Shown one piece after another: positions 57,712 to 64,000 of a stretch of DNA of 64,000 nucleotides. The notes beneath the pieces were generated by a model. It saw nothing but the letters and a program-made list of their open reading frames with translations, was not told the DNA's origin and searched no databases. The stretch comes from Vicinamibacterales bacterium (GTDB lineage Bacteria; Acidobacteriota; Vicinamibacteria; Vicinamibacterales; UBA8438), in contig OZ244976.1 in the NCBI GenBank assembly GCA_965222905.1, forward strand, positions 7,056,020 through 7,120,019, read 5' to 3'. Position 1 is the first letter of the stretch. Each line of letters opens with the position of its first letter. The translations under genes were made by a program, and so were the position numbers.

Positions 57712-58644
57712 CTAACGGCCCGCTTCCCTCCGTAGCGCGGGCGTCACACCGCCCGTGAACAGGCGCGCTCCCTGCTCGATGCGCTCTATCATGTTGGTCG
57801 TGCTCGTCATGGCGACGGGGAGGCCGAACTCCTTCCCGGCGGCGAGCACGGTATCGATGGCTTGCGCCACGGCCTCCAGGCTGCCTCCGTGCGTGTTCAG
57901 CATGTCTCCGCCGGTCTCGGAACCGGCGAACAGCACGGCGCCGATGTTCCGCTCGCTGAGCTGGCGGGCGATCTCGCGCACGTTGGCCACCCCGAGCGGG
58001 CTCTCGATGAGGATCCAGGGCAGCAGGTTGCCGTTCGGCGGATCCAGCCGCCAGACGTCCGCCCGCTCGATGTAGTCCGGAACCGACAGGCCCCAGTAGC
58101 GCGCCGCGAGCCGGGGATTGGTGCCCCGCAACCCCGCCGGCTCCGGGTCCGGCGCACCCAGCCTCTGCGGGTAGCGCATGGCGCGGATGGCCATCAGCGC
58201 CTGCTCCGCGGTCTCGACCGTCGGGAAGATGATGCCGTGCGCACCCACGTCGAGCACCTGCTTGACCATCCAGATGTTCTGGTCGAGCTCGCGGCCGGTC
58301 GCCGGAATCCGCACGATGACGGCCTTGCCCGCCATCGCGTCGCCCGTCACGGCGATCGCGGCAGGATTCAGAAGCCACTGCATCCACGTCCGCAACGCGC
58401 TGACGTCGTAGGGGCCGTGCTCCATGTCGAAGAAGACGAAGTCGATATCGTCGTTTGCCGAGAGAGCAACGGGGTCCGCGCGCGCGTCGACCGTGACGCC
58501 GAAGGCCACCTTGTCCTCGTCGAGCAGCCTGACGAGGCCGGCCTGGGGCGTCGCCTCCCGATTCTGCTGTCCGTGCACGACAAGCGCGGGCGCCGCCATG
58601 GCGAGGACCACGATGAGTGCAAGCCGAGAGGGAATGGTTCGCAT
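57712..58644 (-). CDS. HpcH/HpaI aldolase/citrate-lyase family protein with a signal-peptide-like N-terminus
   Basis: AAGGAG RBS plus ATG at 58644 (MRTIPSRLALIVVLAMAAPALVVHGQQ). FVFFDMEHGPYD, VKQVLDVGAHGIIFPTVETAEQA, RYPQ...GLRG, WILIESPLGVANVREIA. Its TAG stop lies inside the CTAA tetranucleotide flanking IS1634-like copy 2. Confidence 0.7.
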   Translation of the reverse strand: MRTIPSRLALIVVLAMAAPALVVHGQQNREATPQAGLVRLLDEDKVAFGVTVDARADPVALSANDDIDFVFFDMEHGPYDVSALRTWMQWLLNPAAIAVTGDAMAGKAVIVRIPATGRELDQNIWMVKQVLDVGAHGIIFPTVETAEQALMAIRAMRYPQRLGAPDPEPAGLRGTNPRLAARYWGLSVPDYIERADVWRLDPPNGNLLPWILIESPLGVANVREIARQLSERNIGAVLFAGSETGGDMLNTHGGSLEAVAQAIDTVLAAGKEFGLPVAMTSTTNMIERIEQGARLFTGGVTPALRREAGR

Positions 58645-58976
58645 GGGTTCTCCTTGGTTGTCCGGCCGTCCCGCTACAACGCCGGACTCGTCGTCCGGCT
58701 GCAACTGGAAGCCGAAGGCGCAGCTTCACCAGTGTAATTGTCGTGCACACCTTGTTCGCGTCGGCGCCCGCAGACCGATCGTTTCAGATCCACGACGGAC
58801 TGCCGGAAGTCGAGCCGGCTCGACGACTGCCGTGCGACGCCGAGAAGCGTGAGGGCGGCTGCAGCCCCGCGCGTGCGAGGCGGCCTCTTCGTGCGGTGTC
58901 CCCGCCGTAGCGGGGTCTTCGACCGTGTTTCCGCGCGTCGTCGCGGATCGAATGGCTCATCCGCCGTGGCGGCGGG

Positions 58977-59390
58977 TTACTCGCCGGCTCGCAGGTGCGT
59001 GCCTGCGTCTTGGCGGGCTCTGTCGCCGGCTATTCGGCGGGAGGCCGCCGGTTGCGCCGTGCCGGCGTCCAGGTGTAGTTGGATCAACCTGTCGATGTTC
59101 GTCTCGATTCGGTCGAGCCGATCGTCGACCCGTTCCTCGAACCCGTTCAGGCGTTCGTTGATCGTCTTGATTGAGCCTTCAATCCGCGCCAGTCCCTCGG
59201 CCATGTTGGTCGTTGCCGACTCGACGTTGGCGAGCCGTGCATTGTTCTCGCTCAACCGTGCGTTGTGCTCGCTCAACGCCCAACTGAGCACGCCGCCCAG
59301 CACGGCCACCGCGATCGTGGCGATCGCAATCCAGTGGCCGGGCGTCAAGCCCCTGCCGCGCGTCGCCTTGTCCTCTGGCGTATCGGTCAT
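58977..59390 (-). CDS. Membrane-anchored coiled-coil protein of unknown function
   Basis: One TM helix (HWIAIATIAVAVLGGVLSWAL) followed by a heptad-like region (ARLSENNARLANVESATTNMAEGLARIEGSIKTINERLNGFEERVDDRLDRIETNIDRL). Confidence 0.45.
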   Translation of the reverse strand: MTDTPEDKATRGRGLTPGHWIAIATIAVAVLGGVLSWALSEHNARLSENNARLANVESATTNMAEGLARIEGSIKTINERLNGFEERVDDRLDRIETNIDRLIQLHLDAGTAQPAASRRIAGDRARQDAGTHLRAGE

Positions 59391-59624
59391 TCCTGGTTCC
59401 TCATTCTACGCCGCCCGCCACGTGCGTGCCGTGCCCGTTCCCTGTGACGGGCCCCGGCGCTTCCTGCTCCTCGGGGGCCCGGAGTGACCAGCGGCGAAGT
59501 CGAACCGTAGGCTGGAGGCGACCGGAACCTGGTGAACGTGTGGAGCCCCTCAACCTTGTGCAAGGCCGTTACCAGCTCCCGGACGGTGTAGACGTGTTCT
59601 CCCCAGCTCTTCTCGGTAGCCGGG

Positions 59625-62234
59625 TCAGAACGAAACGGTCGCGGTCATCGAAATCGTCCGCGGCGCTCCCAGCCACGCAGCATTCTCGGTGATCGCCGAC
59701 AGGTAGGCCTTGTCGAACAGGTTGTTCGCCACGATTGCGAACTCCGTCGAACGGAGCAGATCGCTCAACGCCTCTCCCGAGAAGCTGATGTAGGCGTCCA
59801 CCAGCCAGTAGGCGTCCGAGTACCAGTCCGCCGTCAGGCTGACCCGCCGGGGCGCTGTGTACTTGGCGCTCAGTCCCGCGCCGACTGGACCGCTGCGGTC
59901 CAGCGAGACCACCCACAGCCGGGCCGGCACCCCGGTGACGTCGGTCCCCGCCACGATGCCCTGGTTGGCGTCCACGAGCGGATCCCCGCTCCCGATGTAC
60001 TCCGAGTCGTTGAACGTGAACGCCGTGTAGAACGACGTCCGGCGCGGCAATTGCACCGTCGCCGACAGCTCGACGCCGCTCGTGTCGATGCCGCCCGCAT
60101 TGAAGTAGGCGCCTCCCCCCGGGATGAGGTAGTTGGGGCCGGCCGGCGTCTGCGGGCCCAGGTAGAACACCCGGTTCTGGAAATCGATCGTGTACCAGGT
60201 CGCGCCCAGCGCAACCCCGTCGCCGGCATACTGCAGCCCGACGTCGATGTTGGAGGCGGTCTCGGGCTCGAGCAGGTCCAGGCTCCGGCCCGGTACCTCG
60301 AGCAGCGTGCTGCTGATCGCCTTGAAGTTCTCCGCATACCCGGCGAACAGGTCCAGGCCCTCGACCGGTGTCTCGTAGGTCACACCGCCGGAGAAGAGCA
60401 GGTCCGAATCGGAGTCGACGTCGAGCGCCGGGTCGACGCCGAACAGGTCCTCGCGGGCCACGCCCACCCGGAACTGCTTGATCCCGCCGCTCAGTGCCAC
60501 CGGGCCGGCGTAGAGCGTCTCCTCCGCGTACCACTTGAAGATGTGCTGCGGGAAATCCCATTCGTACTGGTGCCAGTAGGCCTGCTCGTTCCACTTGAAG
60601 CTGAGCGTCGGGTCCAGCATCTGGTGCCAATCTCGGCCCAGGTCCCGCCGTGAGTCCTCGTACCAGATGCCGGCGCGCAGCGTGCTGCCGGCGGCGCCCA
60701 GAGAGGTCGACCATTCCTCGTCGAGCGTTACGCCCAGGCGGTCCTTCCCGTAATGGCTGTGGCGGTATGACTGCACCGCCGTCGCGCCCGGGTGGCACCC
60801 GGGGTCGGCCGCCGGTCCTCCCGACCCGTAGTAGTTGAAGATGTAGGACGACGTGCATCCGGCGGTCGGTCCGACCGCGACTCCGTCCCGGTTCACGAAA
60901 CGGATCAGCCCGAGCTGCGCGCCGCCCATCACCGGTGCCCGGCCCGCCAGCTCCGATTCCGGTTCGTTCCCGTCGTCCACGACGTCGACGATGTAGGGAG
61001 GCAGCCAGTCGCCCCGCCCGCGGTTGCGGTGGAAATAGGCGCCCAGGTTCAACGACGCCGCCTCGCTGAACGACCAGTCCGCCTTGAGGTAGCCGAACGT
61101 GTTGTTCCGCCGCGTCTGCCAGCCGGGCCGGTAGAACTGGTTCAGGTACGGCACGCCGGGCCAGTCGCCGACCAGGCGGTCCCAGCGCGGGTTGGCCCTG
61201 AAGTCGGCCTCGCTGTAGAGCCGCTGGTAGGTGTCCTCGTGGATGCTGTCGTACGAGAGGTAGCTGGTCAGATCGAGGCGTCCTCGCGACGATACGAGCT
61301 TGGCGGCGACGTGCTCCCGCTCGTTCCGCGCCGAGCCCTGCACCCAGTCGGTCGCCTCCTGACGGACGGCGGCGATCCAGGCGCGCGTCTCGCCGCCGAA
61401 CAGCGGTCCGGTGTCGACCCGCATGGAGAACCGCTTGCCGTCGTTCTCGCCGATCGTGGTCGACGCGGTGTAGGTCCGCTCCGCCGCCGGATCGTCCGTC
61501 AGGTAGTCGAAAGTGCCGCCCAGCGCCTCGACCGACCGGGAGGCGATGTCGGCCGTCCCCTGTGACACCTCGACGCCGCCGAGGTTCATCGGGTCGATGA
61601 ACCGGTTCGCCTTGGCGCCGCTGAAGTAGTCGGAGGTGCCGTTCGGAAAACCGTCGATGGTGGTGCCGATCTGCGCTTCGCTGATGGTCACCTGGAAGCC
61701 GCGCACGGCGACGTTGCTCGACCAGTCGTCGAAGCCGTACGCGTCCCCCTCCTGGATGGATACCCCCGGCAGGTTGTCCACCACCGACGTGACGCTGGTG
61801 ATGTTCGACTGCTGTTGCATCATCGGTTGAGCCACGACGTTGCGCGCGAAGATCCGGGGCTCGTCGGCAACGACGCTGACCGTCTCCAGCAGACGGGCGA
61901 TCTGCATGACGATCCGGAGCGTCTCGCTGACGCCCGCCCCGACGGAGATCGCAAGCTCCATCGTCTCGAATCCCGGCAGGACCGCCGTGACCAGATAATC
62001 GCCGACCGCCAGACCGGCGGCTGTGTATGAGCCGTCCACACCGGTCACGCGTTCCTCGCGCACGCCCGGAGCGGTTACCGTCACCACGACGCCGGGCAGC
62101 GGGTTGCCGTTCGCGTCGACGACCGCGCCTTCGATCGCTCCGTTGCTCTGGCCGCTCGCCGTCGCCGCTGTCGTCAACCACAACAGTATCGTGGCGATCG
62201 CGAGGCCGACGTGCTTTCGTCCGTGCGATGTCAT
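59625..62234 (-). CDS. TonB-dependent receptor with an N-terminal carboxypeptidase-regulatory-like domain
   Basis: GAGGAG RBS and signal peptide. GAIEGAVVDANGNPLPGVVVTV...GSYTAAGLAVGDYLVTAVLPGF. Plug region VTSVVDNLPGVSIQEGD...VAVRGF. Long beta-barrel ending TATVSF. Confidence 0.85.
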   Translation of the reverse strand: MTSHGRKHVGLAIATILLWLTTAATASGQSNGAIEGAVVDANGNPLPGVVVTVTAPGVREERVTGVDGSYTAAGLAVGDYLVTAVLPGFETMELAISVGAGVSETLRIVMQIARLLETVSVVADEPRIFARNVVAQPMMQQQSNITSVTSVVDNLPGVSIQEGDAYGFDDWSSNVAVRGFQVTISEAQIGTTIDGFPNGTSDYFSGAKANRFIDPMNLGGVEVSQGTADIASRSVEALGGTFDYLTDDPAAERTYTASTTIGENDGKRFSMRVDTGPLFGGETRAWIAAVRQEATDWVQGSARNEREHVAAKLVSSRGRLDLTSYLSYDSIHEDTYQRLYSEADFRANPRWDRLVGDWPGVPYLNQFYRPGWQTRRNNTFGYLKADWSFSEAASLNLGAYFHRNRGRGDWLPPYIVDVVDDGNEPESELAGRAPVMGGAQLGLIRFVNRDGVAVGPTAGCTSSYIFNYYGSGGPAADPGCHPGATAVQSYRHSHYGKDRLGVTLDEEWSTSLGAAGSTLRAGIWYEDSRRDLGRDWHQMLDPTLSFKWNEQAYWHQYEWDFPQHIFKWYAEETLYAGPVALSGGIKQFRVGVAREDLFGVDPALDVDSDSDLLFSGGVTYETPVEGLDLFAGYAENFKAISSTLLEVPGRSLDLLEPETASNIDVGLQYAGDGVALGATWYTIDFQNRVFYLGPQTPAGPNYLIPGGGAYFNAGGIDTSGVELSATVQLPRRTSFYTAFTFNDSEYIGSGDPLVDANQGIVAGTDVTGVPARLWVVSLDRSGPVGAGLSAKYTAPRRVSLTADWYSDAYWLVDAYISFSGEALSDLLRSTEFAIVANNLFDKAYLSAITENAAWLGAPRTISMTATVSF

Positions 62235-62414
62235 CGCGCTACTCCTCTGACTTCCTTTGGTGGACCCGTCACTATAGCCTTCCCCACCCTCGCTCGTCTC
62301 CTGCTCGAGATTCCTCTTCGGGAGGTCCGAGAGCCCCCTCGGCGTTGAGATTGGCTCTGTGGCACGGCGAATTTCCCCAGCCGAGTTCGGAATCTACCGG
62401 CGTCACCGGCAGGA

Positions 62415-63136
62415 TCACTCTCCGCCGCCGCGACGATTCGCCTCCAGCGCCTCCCACAGCGCCGCCCCCTCCGTATCCACCCCCGTCCCCGGGGCTATCA
62501 CGGAGCCCAGCTCCAGGTGCCGGTCGGTTTCGGGATCGAACACCGGCCACGGCGGCAGCCCGCCGCGGTTGGGATTGCCGGTGGCGGCGAACTGCACCCA
62601 GTAGCCGCGCATCGCGGCGGAGAGCGCCGTGTCCGTGTCGGTGTAGTCGCCGACCGGGGCGAGGCCGAGCGGGCGCTCGCCGCCTTCCTCTCTCCGGGTC
62701 AACGTTCCGAAGACGTAGACGAGCTCCGCCGCGTGGTGCGACCCAAGGTCTGCGCCCCAAGCGGTCGGCGGCACGTGGGTGAAGTGATACAGCCAGGTCT
62801 GCGCGCCGGAGGCGGCCTGCACTCGGCGTGGGCACGCGCCGGCCCGGCGAAGAACAGGTCGTGGATGACCTTGTCGATGGCGGCCTGCGCGGCGTCGGGC
62901 GACGAGGCGTCGTAGTGCGCGAGCATCTCGTCGGCCAGCTCCGGGTAGACGGACCGGACGAGGTCTCGAACGCCGCGACGTCCGGGATATCCGTTCCGCG
63001 GGTCATCAGGAAGCCCTCATTGCCGTTCAGCCCGGTGATGAGCGGAACCCTGATGCTGCCGGCCGGCGCGGTACATCGCCAGCGAGTCGTCCGGGATGAC
63101 CCACCGTCGACGTTGGGGGACCAGACGGAAGCGGCG
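62415..63136 (-). pseudogene. Type-B carboxylesterase/lipase gene remnant, 5'-truncated, with at least four frameshifts
   Basis: Pieces in different frames: WVIPDDSLAMYRAG; SIRVPLITGLNGNEGFLM; MLAHYDASSPDAAQAAIDKVIHDLFFAGPA; TWLYHFTH...GSHHAAELVYVFG...MRGYWVQFAATGNPN...LPPWPVF. The upstream part is replaced at about 63137 by the duplicated segment. Confidence 0.65.
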
Positions 63137-64000
63137 CCGGCCGAAACCGAGGACAGCGAGGAGCAGTGACCCTGGAGTCGATGAAGGCCGGGCGACCGTC
63201 CGGACACGCGCCGGAACGGCGCGCAGCACGAACGAGGGCAACGGCGACGAGAACTCGATTCCTCGGTGTGCTCGTCACCGCCGCGCTCGGGTGGCTCGCG
63301 GGCGGGGCGCTGCTGACTGACGGCGTGTAGGGACGTCGACAACGACACCATCCAGATCGGGCGCAACGCCGAGCCGTCCATCGGCGCGATGTCGCAGGGC
63401 GAGTACGGCGCACGGGTCGGCCTGCAGCGGGTGGTCGACCTGATGGACCGCCACCAGATCCCGGCGTCGTTCTTCATCCCGGCGGTCAGCCTGGTGCTGC
63501 GGCCGGAGATGGTCGACGTCATCCAGGCCTCCGGACGCCACGAGTTCGCGGTGCACGGATGGATCCACGAGCTGAACACCGCCCTCGACGCCGAGACCGA
63601 ACGCGCCCTCGTCATCCGGGCCACGAACTACCTGGAGCAGGCGACCGGCAGCCGGCCGGTCGGCTACCGCGCCCCGTCCTGGAACTTCAGCCCCAACACG
63701 CTCGACATCATCCGCGGGCTCGGCTTCCTCTACGACAGCTCGCTGATGGCCGACGACCGCCCCTACGAGATCATGCAGAACGGCGAGCCGACCGGCCTCG
63801 TCGAGCTGCCGGTGGAGTGGATCCTCGACGACGCCCCGCTGATGACCCGCGCGGCAACAGCTATACCCCGCCGCGCGAGCTGCTGCAGGTCTACATCGAC
63901 GAGTTCGACAAGGCGTACGAGGAGGGAACGATGTTCCTCCTGACGACGCACCCGCATATCATCGGTCACCGCTCGCGCATGGTGAACATCGATGAGTTGA
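63137..64000 (+). pseudogene. Decayed second copy of the peptidase-3'-end/polysaccharide-deacetylase segment (paralogous to 21507..22540)
   Basis: Collinear with 21507 onward. The first ATG is changed to CTG (63172..63174). An approximately 135-bp deletion (equivalent to 21692..21826) creates a TAG. A 1-nt deletion in LMNPRGNSY leads to LMTRAATAI. Runs off the window. Confidence 0.8.

Noticed and set aside
1778-57715. The whole 1.8-57.7 kb interval as an active composite transposon bounded by the two IS1634-like copies.
   Set aside because: Each copy has its own CTAR flanks and copy 1 is a simple insertion within gene B. No shared outer target duplication exists. The interior is a patchwork of unrelated genes and other IS elements. 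This is retained only as a recombination substrate.

Overview
This high-GC window is unusually dense in mobile-element scars and decayed genes, interleaved with long intact genes for secreted and outer-membrane proteins. I could not run any searches, so every family call rests on motifs read from the ORF translations.

**Mobile elements**
- There are about eight insertion sequences or IS fragments.
- Two near-identical, inverted copies of an IS1634-like element sit at 1782..3868 and 53577..57711. The second copy carries a nested IS4-family element with clean 17-bp inverted repeats, an 11-bp target duplication and a KTSC passenger gene.
- Three mutually divergent elements (10615..13095, 14024..16189, 23560..26021) encode an unusual fusion of a DUF4338-like (DruA-like) N-domain to a Tn5-type transposase.
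- Also present are one ISAzo13-family, one IS5-family and one ISNCY/IS5-like element, plus IS3-, IS91- and Mu-like transposase fragments.

**Decayed phage-like island (about 1660..17300)**
- On one strand it carries integrase, AlpA-like HTH, HNH, HK97-type capsid, prohead protease, head-tail adaptor, GTA/HK97-type portal and a Cys-rich protein.
- No terminase or tail genes are visible, the head-gene order is non-canonical, and the genes carry several frameshifts, in-frame TAG codons and IS insertions.
- At its left edge is a lower-GC two-gene cassette with a SieB-like membrane protein. Two different IS elements have knocked it out.

**Intact genes**
- MBL-fold hydrolase, S9 peptidase, polysaccharide deacetylase.
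- A multicopper oxidase with permuted copper-motif order, and a CBM9/DUF5916 outer-membrane protein.
- Two tandem paralogous secreted unknowns and a tannase/feruloyl esterase.
- TetR regulator, a 1060-aa membrane/spermidine-synthase/TPR fusion, CspA, ArfB.
- An outer-membrane beta-barrel protein, a PQQ-dependent dehydrogenase, an HpcH/HpaI aldolase and a TonB-dependent receptor.

**Pseudogenes**
- Multi-frameshift or truncated genes include TamB-like, carboxylesterase, amidohydrolase, a PQQ-propeller protein, a PqqD-like protein, GNAT, and a duplicated deacetylase copy at the right edge.

No rRNA, tRNA or CRISPR array was found.
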